Below, piece after piece: positions 1-16,421 of a DNA stretch of 64,000 nt. The position numbers were made by a program, and so were the translations under genes. Where the stretch lies: positions 5,135 to 69,134 of the forward strand of contig JAAPAO010000123.1 in NCBI GenBank assembly GCA_013115145.1, given 5' to 3'. The notes beneath the pieces were generated by a model. The model ran no database searches. It was not told where the DNA came from and was given only the letters and a program-made list of their open reading frames with translations. Position 1 is the first letter of the stretch; every line of letters starts with the position of its first letter. Source of the stretch: Perkinsus chesapeaki ATCC PRA-425. Its lineage: Eukaryota > Protista > Perkinsozoa.

Positions 1-2098
1 ACTAGCTCCTTCTTATACCTACACACCAGCCCTTTGCTGGTAATAAGATCATATCACTTACTCCTGCATAGTGTGCTCGAAGTCGTGCAAGCTCCTCTGT
101 TCATGTGCCTTAGCCACCTTCTCCAACCCATCAAAGACTCTGCCTCCACCGTACCTTATCAATCATACTACTAAAAATAAATTCTGTTATTTGAAGGGCA
201 AGACGAGTTGAATGGTATTATCCTTCGCGGACAGCCACAAGCGGTGAAGCCATACAGATGACCGAATCCCAAGTTCCCACCTTAGGATTTTACGAGCCGT
301 CTTTTTCGATTTTATCTTCAGCAATTTTATGCGTTACGGATTAGCAGTGCAATCTTCGGCAAATCAAATCACTATTCCGGCTAAAGTTTATGTCCGATCT
401 ATCCGATCTATGTTCATAATGAGTGTATCCCAACTCCTATAATGCTATAGTACGTCAACAGTCTCACCATCGTGCAAGATACTCCCTATTACTTTAACCC
501 AGCCTTTCCCTTAAGGATGTTGAATACCTCGCCTGGTTGATCTCCCATAATCCTAGATAATACCATATACCTACATCACCAAGCCCTATCCAACTAGTAA
601 GAAACACCCCACACTACTTTAAAGACTGTTCTGCTCTTTTCTTATCATGCTGAAGGTTAAAGGCCTCATAAGATTCATAGAAGTAAGAGTAGGCCGTACG
701 GAAATCCTAAGGTCCCTGGTTGCCTTCATCCACGCCAATGGTATTACATTCTCCCTGCAGCTGATAACTCCGCTCAAGAGGTCCATTTCAGCCTGCATCA
801 AAGGTGGGCAGTGAATGGCATTAGCATTGGTCTTGGCAGCTGTCAAAGACGCCTTGGCCCGCGGTATGTTTTGCAGAGCGAAGTGGACCTATTTAGTATC
901 TTTCAATTGGACCTCGGAGCTCCTTGGATACCTTTGTCTCGATAACATGAATCTCCACCAGGAGCAATTTGTCATCTAATTTTTTCACTTCCTTAACCAG
1001 CCCTGTAAGAATCTCCAAAGCCTTGTTATACCTGATACACCAATAACACTACCAATCACCAGCCCACACTAATACTGGCCAATTTGAAGCTCTAGATCAG
1101 CAAGCCTTGTCTCCACCCTATGCCTGAGGAAGCTCCGTTTGCCCTCTCTACACCACTGTATGCAATCCTCGCAAGCTTTAATCTGCAGGTCCGTGGTACC
1201 TAATGAAACCTTCATGGTGCCGAATAGTAGCCGTTCCAGTTTAGGTCGGTGTAGGAACATCTACTGAGCTTTCTCCGGCGAGCCCGAAAGTTTCCTCGCC
1301 TCAGTGCCGGGAAAGCTCATGTAGTTTGACGACACTTCCCTGGAGTTCTTTCCCCCCGCCAGCGTGGCGACCAGTAAGCGAAGATTACTACCATCTATTT
1401 CAGCAAGCTTGTCAATGAGTGTCCTGACGATCTTAGCTGTCTTAGCCTTTGCCATCAATGTAAGGACAGGACGAAGCTCCTTCTGCAGGCCAACTGAATA
1501 TCAAGTTGTATAGAGCCAGCACACATATCTTTTACATAGCCGTTGGGAATCCTTCTTAGCTACAAGGCAGTCCGCCATGGCGTATATGGAGTTCTCAGCC
1601 CACTTCACAGCATCGGCGCTAGGATCATTCTCGAGGTTAGCAATGACCTTTTCGAACCTAAATGTCATGCAACCCCCTCCTTGTCTATTCTCCTCATAGG
1701 GTTGATGACACATATTCCTAGTAAGGTGGAGAGCTGGTAGATATACAAGTTGCTAAAGGACTTGCCGACAATTCTTTACCCCTACCCTTCGCGGCGCCCC
1801 TCCCCAGTGCATCGATGCTATCTATGCCATACACACGACAGAGAAACCGAATGCCTCCAAGATATACATGACATATCTTTTGTCCTCATGGTATCATTTT
1901 CTATCACCCTTCAGCAATAAGAATGAACATTTCCATCCGATACTCCGTCAACCCCTGACACTACTACATTTTGATGGCTTTGTCATTATCCCCAGTGGCA
2001 GCCACCTCCTTAGCTTCCTCGTAGGCGAGCTGCATGGGGCTCTTCTCGGGCTCTTGTGAGTCCAAGTCCATTGGTTCTGGTGATTCGCTACTTGACAT
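1..2098 (-). CDS. RPN6: 26S proteasome lid subunit Rpn6/PSMD11 (multi-exon, 3' end runs off the window)
   Basis: Exons read KAKTAKIVRTLID, IKACEDCIQWCREGKRSFLRHRVETRL, SLTAAKTNANAIHCPPLMQAEMDLLSG and GLEKVAKAHEQRSLHDFE, matching Rpn6 motifs. ATG at 2098 (MSSSESPEPMD). Confidence 0.9.
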
Positions 2099-2508
2099 GC
2101 TGTCTTATCACCCAACAGAAAAACTGTAACACTCTTCCATCGCGGCAGTGTTCACTGAACTCAACCCATCAAGTGTCCTCCCGTTGAAACGTCTAGCTTA
2201 GTCTCTTCTAGTATACCTAGAACATTACTACAGCCGCCCAGAAACGTTGACCATGATGCTGTTGGTAGAACAGCCAACATCATGAGCCATCCATCTTAGA
2301 GAGATCACGACGACAGGAATAAATATGAAACAGCGTCAATAGTGTCACAATGCCACCACTACTAGAGCCATGAGCGCCTCGGTATCTATTGACTGTCTAA
2401 GGCTACCGATGGCTGCCTTTGTACCCTAGTGATGGTGGCTACGACAGTAGAGCAGCAACAGCAGCAGTGGGAGGGAATGTACAAATAAAACGACAACACT
2501 TCATCTTC

Positions 2509-6834
<4,326 letters not shown>

Positions 6835-6939
6835 TCACCCATCCCCGCCCACCGCAGTCCACGGGCACGGCAATGGTAAATCGATTATCATGGCGAGCGC
6901 GATCGACGTAGCATGTGTGACGTTCTGGAACTGGGATCG

Positions 6940-8806
6940 ATGGCATCATCATATGAAGGTAATCGGAAAGGGTCACCAACGTCTAGGAGAGGGTCGGGGG
7001 ATCTATGGTTGGATCAGCTGTATCTAGACTTCACACTCTACAGAAATACCGAAGAATATCTTACGTTATGTGCATGCGTGCAGGCCATTACAGCCATGCC
7101 GTCATCCAATGGTGTTGGCAATGGTGATAAGAAGGCATATGGGCATGTTCTAGACTACATCGATCGACTAAGTGACTACTTGTTACCTAAGCGTATCGAT
7201 AAGAGCTATCGTCGGGCCTACAGCCCCGATGTTAAAGTGGTTGGGTATCTTTTCAATACACTCCTCACAGCCTTTACGCTTCTACCGAGCTACCTTTTGA
7301 ACGGTGTGGAATATACGGTATCGCAGACGGTCCTATCGCAGTGTGTCAACCTCCAGAAGGTCTTCAAGACTACCTGTCAAGATATCGTTCGAGCATATGG
7401 CAACCTTCGAGCCAACACCGTACCCACGGTTAGGAGCGATCTCGCCAATTGCCTGTCCTACTTTGATTCTGTGTGGTGCCGGTTTGAAATGCATGCCTTG
7501 GAGGAGATAGAGGTGATACATAAACAAGCATGCAGTGCACTGAGGGAAGCCATTCAAGCTGAGAGGGATCTTCAGGATGCGGAGGTACTAGCTTTCACCT
7601 ACATCCATTATGGCAATTCCGTAATTTCAGGAAGACCCAGCCGTGCGTTCTGGTGGCTACCGTCGTCTCCTATTGGGAAGGATGCTGGACTGGCTGAGTG
7701 AAGTGTACGAATCGCTTACTATGGATTCTGGTGGGGAGAGGGTCATCTTTACGCCGGACTGCTTGGTAGAGGCTGAAAGGACTCTGGCGTTGGGGAAGAT
7801 AAAAACCGAGAGTCCACCATCGCCGATTCTGATGAAAATATCGAAAAATCTCGATACAGCTTTTGTGAATCTTCGTAAGCTGTTGCGGCGGTACGGTGGG
7901 CATATGTATCAACTTAACTCTCACCTGGCCAATAATCATGGCTTGGTTACGGTAATGAATAGATTCTTTGAAGCTTGGATGACGGCTGTGAGGTATCTTA
8001 GCAGCCACACTATGAAGAAAGCGCTGCTTAAAGCGTTTGACATTGTACGGAGCGTTCGAGATGAGGCTTTTGAGGAATCAATGAGATCGTTGGATCCCGA
8101 CTTTCTGATGAAGTTACCGAACCTTCTGTTATATTCGGAGATGGTCGATATATCTGCCTCACTCCCGCCCACTCGGGCAGTGGATAAGCAAGCAGTGCCG
8201 AAGGTGGCGTGCACGGGTCTACCTAGGATTCTGGGAGCGGAGCAGCCTGTTGGTGTCGATGAGGATTGTCCCTGGAAAAGGAGTGTAATTTGCCGGCATT
8301 TTCTTGGGGATTCTCATAAAGATAAATTTGTTGTTGTCGTGGATTTATTTGGATCGTCCACCACGAAGGAATTGAGTATCGTTTATGATCATATGGTGCG
8401 ACCATCGGTTGGGCAGGGTGGCATAGGGCTTGAGGATGCAGGGTGCCAGACGAGTGGTCGTAAGGTGGTCGAGGCTCCGCCTAGTGTGGCGGAATCAGTA
8501 GGGGAATGGGATGGCTGCGAGGAGGAGGAAGGTGGAGAGGATGCGGAGTTCGAGAACAAGGCAAGCGGGCTGGGCGTTGGGATGTGGGTGAATGTAGCGC
8601 AGGTTCGATCCCGGCTATCGGCAGTTCGGAAGCTTCCAGTGGTGAGGCATGCGGTTGAAGATACCATAGGCTTGAGGAGCCGGAAGTTGATGAATAAGGT
8701 AGCTGAGCTGGGCATGCTCATGCAAAGGACATATCCGATGGAGTGGAATAGGTTTGTACAGGTAGTAATAGAAATGTCGCCGCCGGGGATCGAACTTGGG
8801 TGGTAA
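6940..8806 (+). CDS. Conserved-looking helical hypothetical protein (2 exons)
   Basis: ORFs 6913-7701 and 7643-8806 are joined in frame by a 46-nt GT-AG intron at 7585-7630 (DAE|EDPAVRSGG). No recognisable domain. Start at 6940 or 6913. Confidence 0.75.
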
Positions 8807-9007
8807 TGTCAGGCCATTTTGCACGGTGTTATGTTTGTCTCGAAGACCAAGTCGAAGGGCGATTCTTCGGCCACTAAATTCACACGTATATCTATTTCAC
8901 GTGATCCCTACATAAAATAGAAATACCCTTGCACCCGGTGTTCCGTACTCTCGGCTATTGCGTTGGGACGGGGACCGTATTACGCTTTTTCTATCAGTTT
9001 ATCTGCT

Positions 9008-11705
9008 ATGGGCTCAGTACTGTCTTGCGTAGACGAGGCCGTACGAGATGTGGATACTGAATGTGGAGACTGGGTATCATTTTCATACCGCTCTTTCCGC
9101 AACTTTCCGCCGCTTAGGGCCCGTTGGCCGTATCTGTGTCTAGTGTTCAAGGCTGGAGAAGAGCCATGGAGGACGCCCATGTGACCCACTGGGATGCCGA
9201 CAGGAAGTAGGCGCCCTTGAATCCGGTGTCGGCATGATTTCCCCAGAATTGGAATTTTCGGAGTTTTCGACGGTCACGGTGGTCAGGCAGTTGCACTTTA
9301 CGTGGCAAAGCACATTGTGGGTGTTTTAACTGACAGAGAGGCTTATCGCCAAGGGAAATACGAGCGAGCATTGCATGAGACCTTTATGGAGCTGGACAGG
9401 CAAATGATGACAGAGAAGGGCAAGAAGGAGGTGAGTCAAAGCTGAGCTCTGGGGAATCTATCTTGGTGGCCAGGTTGCCGAGCTCGATAGGGAATCCCAG
9501 AGCAACGGTGGAGCCGTTGTCAGGTTGCCGCTGAATGAGGTGAGATCGGCGGTACTGTTGCTGATGCCTTGGTTGCTAGGATGGGAATCTTAGGTTAAAA
9601 GTGAGCTATTGGAAATGATGGATATTGATACTAGTGATGATGATGAGGAGGACTCTGATGACGAGAACGTAAGGGAGTGGTCTGGGCAGGTTATCGGGGA
9701 GGATGCTTGGTAGTTCACCGGAGGCACAAATGGTGCTTCTGCTGAGGGGGAGGACAATGGACAGGAGAGGAGGAGGAGCTCTAGGATCGCGGCTGGATCG
9801 TCGGGTAAGGATTTTGCTGTTGGTAGAGGGGACAGTTTTTGTGTTCAGGCGATGGATTGAAGAATGAGCAGAATGAAGAGGTAAGTGTAAGTGCGATCGT
9901 GGATGATGATGTTGCTAAGATGGCTGTCAGACAGCCGAGGGTGTGATGTTCCTGCTCCAGTGCTTACTACCCAATCTGCCGTCGGATATACGTAGGCAAT
10001 CACTTTGGGGGGCGGTGGGCTGTAGGAGGAGGGGGGATCTGCGCTGTTAGGAAAGCGAATCAAAATAACTGATGACGGTTATATGGAGATGACCCAGACA
10101 ACATTGAATGATGTACTCGGTAGAGATTCCTCTCCTGAGGGGCAGGTGAGGGGAGCAGCAGCCGCTAAGGAGTTGGGCGAAGCGTTGTTGGTAGGGGTGC
10201 ACTGCGGTGGTTTGCCTGGTTGATCTCGGTGATGAGGATCATCCTAAGATTGTCTGTGCTAATGCTGGTGACTCTAGGTAGGTGATATCAGGAGAGTATC
10301 TTAGGTTGACGGTGGGCTTGTAGGTGTATGCTTGTTCGAGACGGCAAGGCTTACGATATGTCTGAAGACCACAAGCCATCACTGGTAGTACTAACAGCAC
10401 CACCTGGGGAATCATCCATCTCGACACTCAATGGCTGCTGGAACTAGATCACCTACTATAGTAAAATGTTATAGTACAGCAGTGACTGATTGCAGTATTG
10501 CAGTACTACTACATCATATCGTACCGTTTATAGGCTATATAAGCCTCAAGATATTAACATGATGTATAGAAATTATCGATCAATCTGCCCAGTGCGCCTG
10601 GCGAATTGGGCGTATTCGAAATGCACTGTGAGAGAACATGTTCACAGTAGAGAATATGTTCTCTGGCGAGCTGTGGTAGTCCGCTGGTATGAGCGTGGCT
10701 GCTGGTGAGGTGAAGAGTAGCTATGGTGGTTTAGGCGATTGAGAAGGAGCGTATACAGTTGGCTGGGGGCACGGTAGAGAACTGCGAGGGAGGAGAAAGG
10801 GTCCAAGGTGACTGGGTGCGGCGGTGCGGTTGTGGGGCTTGGTTACCATGTAGGCTGCCTCAGGTGACTTGAACCTCTCCCGATCGCTGGGCGACCATCG
10901 GTACAAGAAGAACAAGAAGCTTTATCCTGAGTGCCAAATCATATCGGCTATGCCGGACATAAGGTGGGGAGCTGAATCCACGCTTGTATCTTGTCTAGGG
11001 TGAAATTCTTCAGAGTGCGGCATTTGACTAAGGAAGATACGCATATTATTCTGGGCTGTGATGGCGTATGGGAGGTACATTCCAACGAGAAGGCAGCCAG
11101 GAGCGTGATAGACCTCGAAGGGCAATTGGAAAAGTAGGAAGTGTCTCTTGTTGAAGTACAGCTTCTGCTTCTAGGGGAGCAACCGAGACTAGTATACCGC
11201 AGCCTAAGGTTAACGAGGTAAGCAGGGAGCGTCGCATGGTGGTAGGTGTAGTGTAGATACATTGCATTACGGGAAGTAAACGGGATGAGGAGACAGACAA
11301 GTTGACTAAAGTAACGGCCGCTATGTGCAGCAGTTCAGTCAGAGAATCGTGAGTCGAAAGGTCCCGGGTTCGAACCAACGGTATGGCATTTTAGAATTGT
11401 TCCTACTGGGCCTGATTGCGACTTTGAAGGCACAGACAATGTAACATTTATGCTTGTACAGATATCACCGGAAATTCGCGAGGTAGTAATAGCACGGAGA
11501 GGAGCGTCAGGGGTCTGTATAGGAGCTGAGACCGTTGCCCGCGGACATAGCTGAGAAGGAGAGCTCCCAGGCACCAGGGGTACCTATGGTATTTGGCCGA
11601 GGCCCGGGGACTAAGACGGCATGCGAGGCTGCGATGAAGGTTATGCGCGGGAAAAGGAAGCGTCGTGAAGGGAAAAAGAAGAGGCAAGGCAGCAGCCATA
11701 AGTGA
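9008..11705 (+). CDS. PP2C/PPM phosphatase, PPM1G-like (N-terminal MG, acidic insert)
   Basis: Motifs [40 protein letters not shown], with a [14 protein letters not shown] insert. The last exon likely follows a 40-nt intron and ends [17 protein letters not shown] (11705). Without that intron the stop is at 11554. Confidence 0.92.
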
Positions 11706-11853
11706 TTCCCTCCTTAGCACTGACAAGTTGACATTACACTACAGGAAACAGTTTCAATTAGCTCTGGCCAGAAAGGTGTTTGGGGTGATGCGACCTGGCG
11801 AAATTTGGGGCAGTTTTTTGGGGGGTTCGGACGGCGAGTTTCTCCTTGTAGCT

Positions 11854-14800
11854 ATGGCCCAAATCAACACCCTTCCTAAGATACCCGGCAGAATTGTAGG
11901 GCGGCGGTTGGGGCCTGTGGGAGGTGTGCTGGTCAGGGAAAATTGATAAGCCGGATGGGTATTCGGAGGCACAAGTACTTGGATCACTTCGACCAGGCGC
12001 CAGAGGTGTCGGTGTTAAGAAGGGAGAAGGACAAGCATGCAAGAGATATTATGTTAACTAAGCAGCAGGTAATGGTAATGAGGCTACGAGGGCTACTGGA
12101 TGCCAGATTGGATCGTTATTTGGTGAAGAGGAAAGGAATGCCTTGCTGGAGTCTAAGAGGGATGTTAGGAAGTTGGCGGCGGAAAAGGAGCAAGTTCTGA
12201 GGTCCACGGTAGGCAGACTCTCTGTGTTCCTTGTCTACACGCTTGGCATCGAATGCTGTACGCTTCCTCAAAGGGCCCTATTTCCGTAATATAACGTATC
12301 CCCGCATAGCTGGGAGATGGCTAGCTCGACCGCTGGCAGTAGGGTTGGATCGTGTCATTTTGAAGTGCATTTGATCATCTCCTACCTGTCCTAAGTCCTT
12401 TCATCGCCTTGCCAGGTTAACGAGGGCCTTCGGGTTTACCGAGCTCTTCGGCCAGATGCATTACCGTTCTATCAAGAAGATTCCGTGCTAAGTACTGTCG
12501 AATTCTGTAGAGCTCCTTTGAGTAGTGGGTGGTTGTCTATAGGTATGAAGGCTAAGATGAACAGGCTTAATATGACAGAGAGCGGTAGAGGTGTTGCGCC
12601 CAATCAGACAGGAGCAGTTCTACCGAGAGATAAGCTTCAGGTAACTGAGAAATAATGGTCGAGTTGGGACGTGTTGTCTGTCTTGGCAGTTGAAGAACGA
12701 GATAGTGGACCCGTTTCAATTCCAGCTTCCAGTGGTGAACCCAAAGGCCTTTCTAATAGCGCTAGAGGCGGCCTGTAGGAGCCTATGTGAGGACCTTGAG
12801 TAGGTCTCGTTGGAGACACCCCGACACAGTGGGTCACCACAGGTATATAGCATCCTGTCTAGGCATCGAGAGCGATGACTTGCCGGCTCGGGATGACCCT
12901 TTGAGGTGGGTGGTCGAAGCTAGGCTGCTGCTGATCTGCTGGAGGCTAGCGATTGTTTTTAGGTTCCAGAGGCTAGTCGAACGAGTTATGTTTGCGTTTC
13001 CGCTAAGGAAGGACCCGGCGTATGTGGATGAGTTTATGTTGAACCACTGGCCTAGATTAAAGCAGCTAATGCCGCCTGCAATAGCAGAGTAGGAGTGTGG
13101 CTTAGTTGGATGGTGGTGATTCGGGTGGTGACAGGCTGCCTGATAGCGATGTAGCTGACTGGCTGAGGGGGCATCTTCAACGTGTCATCCACAACCAGAA
13201 GGAACATAAGAAGATATGGCTGCATAAGGCACCGAAGAAAGGTGGGAGTGTTTGCCGGGACTCGATGATGCTTTATGGTGATGCTTAGGTACGGAGGAGT
13301 GGTATAGCTTTGGGGAAGATTTTATATATGATACGTAAGCTGAGGGCCATAGAGAAGGGATGCATTTCACGTGTCCGTCTGCACTAATAATTAGGGTTAT
13401 GCTTCATATCTAAGCGTAGCGCTCGAAACACTTTTCGAGTGCTACCATGGTATGTAGGACTCTTACAGTAGGAGCTTGGACACCTTCTTAATGGTTGTTC
13501 TTTCCCCCTTGCCGCCGAGGAGAATACTCTTATTCATAGCAACATTGACTTTAACATTTTTACATGGATCACGGTCTGTGCCTTAGCGATTCTGTCTGAT
13601 ATCAAGAAGCCGGCTGTGGACTGTATTATGGAGTTGTATTTCTCAGTTACCCGTTACCGGCCACCTTAGTGGATGATCGGAACCTTGAGTTCCCGGTACA
13701 GGATGCAGGGAAGTGGTTTCAGAGCTTTGCTAAGTTCTTTGAATTCGATCCTGAGGAGTACTTGCTCAGTGTTGGACGCTATTTCTATAGCTTAGCCGGC
13801 TTGTTCAGGAACGGTTTGTTGGGGCAGTTTAAGATGCTTGTGGATGACCTCGAGAAGATAGGGTTGAACAACTGGCTAAAAATGAACATAGACGATATAA
13901 AGAAGCACATACCGAAGGGGCATGTAGGGAGGCTTTGGTGGGAGGGGGCAGCAGCAGCAGCTATGGCTGGCAGGTACCGCTTATCAGGCAGACGACTCCA
14001 GGAGATATGAACGTGGCTAGTATGATGCTCAAGGCGGCAGCGAGAGGGAAACCTAATCTATTGGACTTTGAGGCCACGGACCCTTATAAGCTACTTCATG
14101 GCCTGCCATCTAAATCGGTTGGGAGGCAATGGTATGGGTATAGAGGTGAAGGTGGTGGAGCGTAGATACCGGAGGAACTGGCTGCTCTGCCTGAGAATCC
14201 GTACTTGACAGATGAGCAGATCGACAAGTTGATGGACATTGGTGATGCCTCGAGAGTGTTGGCCATGCAAAGGGAGCGAAACGATGAGGAGTTCAAGGTT
14301 AGTGGAGTCGCATGGGGCGCGTGACGCTGTGGGGTTTAGGAGTTTGTGAACAGCTTCTCGAAGACACCGGTGGAGCAGATCATTGAGAGCGAGGTGCAGA
14401 GCTATAAAACTATGGGACCGGTGGGACTAGGAATTTCGTGGCGCAGTGAAGAGTTGATCAGGCGGTGCGGCCAGATGAGAACTCTGTGGATTGGAAGTGG
14501 AAACAGCCTCTAAATGCCGTCTACGATGCCCGCCGCCAGATGTCCGACGCTCGACTTGAATGGTGCGGATTGTAGGGTATCAGGTACCTGCGGCAGCAGA
14601 ATGTAACAGATCCATTGCTGAACTACGAGGGACTGAGGCAGCACCTTATGGCCGTATCACGACTGTGTTCTATGGCACCAAATGGTCGAGTGTAAGGGAA
14701 GTGGCTCCTGCTGCTGGCGGGGGGGGTTGTGAGGTATTGGGGAAGGTACTACTACCGTTGTATTCTTATGGTTGGTAATGGTAAAGGAGTCTATGGGTTT

Positions 14801-16341
14801 GGTGTTGGATATGGTAACACAATAACTACAGCACGGGCTGATGCAGCTATGCAAGCTCTTAAGAGATTGCAGGTGAGTAGGCCTGAGTCAGAGAGGAATG
14901 TGGAAGCCGCTTGCTTGAGGCATCTTATTGAGGTTTTCTCAGTAAATTCTAGTTACTAAAAGCTTCTTATGAGAATCCGCTCACTAAAGCTCTTTATGAG
15001 AAGCAGCTTGTCTTTATGAGAATCAGCTCACTAAAGCTCTTTATGAGAATCAGCTCACTAAAGCTCTTTATGAGAATCAGCTCACTAAAGCTCTCTATGA
15101 GAAGCAGCTTGTCTTTATGAGAATCAGCTCACTAAAGCTCTTTATGAGAATCAGCTCACTAAAGCTCTTTATGAGAATCAGCTCACTAAAGCTCTTTATA
15201 AGAATCAGCCTGCTGAAACTTCTTGTGGGTATCCTTTTACTAAAGCTTCTCATTGAGAACTTCTTGGTAGTCTGCTTACTTGAAGCGGCTGTTCATTCAG
15301 TTCATTGATTTGGATAGCAGTCGGACACTTCACGCTCCGGTGATAGCGAGGGAGTATGGGCAGAAATGCAAGATACTACCGCTCCCAGCAGAGTCGGGGA
15401 TACTGTGCAATAGACGGTCGGTATAGTATTTATGTGGCGCGCGGTCATGGTGTAATGATAACAGGTATCTGCCGTGGGTGTATATTATGGGTCTGCATAA
15501 TGTAGAGCTTAAGTTTGAAGGGGAACTGTCGTGGTTGTCGAGGACACGAGCGATTACCCGAACGACTAGTATGATACTTAGTAGGAGAACAGTGGCAAAT
15601 GGTGAAGGGAAAAAGTAAGCCAGCACCAACCACGGCATAGTAGTCATTCCGAGCACAAGTTGGCTGCTACCGTCGGAGTTCCCAGGCCATAAGGGATTCG
15701 GTTGACGATTGAAGGCTCTTGAGTGATTTGGAGGCTCTTGTGTATCGCCCTTAGATACGCTCATCTGATGGCTCCCGGTGACCACTGGGTGCATTGGCCG
15801 GATAGATGGTTCAAAGAGGTCCGTCGACGATACGATCAAAAGGGTCACATGATACGTCATGAGCGAAGGTAGGGCTGGTTCGGAATCTCCGTCTAGTTTC
15901 AACTTGACAGGCATCTCCTGCACGGTAAGAAGCGCGGCAATATACTGGTATCGCCGCTGGAGGTCCGACCAGGGTTCACAAGGTAGAGCTAAAAGGGTGA
16001 GCCTGTCATCATCAGGGAGTCGAGTTGTCGAGCGTAGATTCGCGTGGCAGCCGGTGATGAATAAGTGGCAATGGCATCTGAACAAGCGACGTCAGCAGTT
16101 TAATTTGGTGAAGTCCCTCATGTCGGAGGAGAATACCCTTTACCCCACGCCGGGATCAGGAAGGTTCGTAGCGCCTAAGGTAAGTCGACGATTGTCATGC
16201 TGTACTATACCGAGAGCCGCCTTGTTCAGAGCAAGGCAGATGTACGAGGAAATGCATGAAAAGGTTTGGCCGCTAATTGCCATTGGCATGACTCGTTGTT
16301 GTTTCCCACTTGTCCCCGTTATCGGGACCACGTTTCTGTGA
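11854..16341 (+). CDS. MRPS5: Greatly extended ribosomal protein uS5 family member, probably mitochondrial (many exons; ends approximate)
   Basis: S5 N-domain YRCILMVGNGKGVYGFGVGYGNTITTARADAAMQALKRLQ, then after a repeat-containing intron the S5 C-domain FIDLDSSRTLHAPVIAREYGQKCKILPLPAESGILCN...GLHNVELKFEG. Further exons read GDHWVHWPDRWFKEV and FAWQPVMNKWQWHL. Confidence 0.72.
14971..15226. repeat. Intronic minisatellite: 27-bp unit GAGAATCAGCTCACTAAAGCTCTTTAT with 20-bp variant GAGAAGCAGCTTGTCTTTAT (order A-B-A-A-A-B-A-A-A plus a degenerate A)
   Basis: Units parsed directly from the sequence. They lie within the ~430-nt intron (about 14872-15300) that splits the S5 domain. Confidence 0.95.
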
Positions 16342-16421
16342 TAGCCGAAGTGCGCAGTGTTGCGAAGGCTGGTGGTGGTGGTTGTTGTTGTTATTTTATT
16401 AGGCTTCTGTTGGACTATTTG

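Noticed and set aside
15117-15308. ORF with MRISSLKLF repeats
   Set aside because: It is translation of the intronic minisatellite; the 20-bp unit breaks the frame.
15330-16085. 251-aa minus-strand ORF
   Set aside because: It lies antisense to well-supported uS5 C-terminal exons (S5 C-domain, GDHW exon), so it is a shadow ORF.
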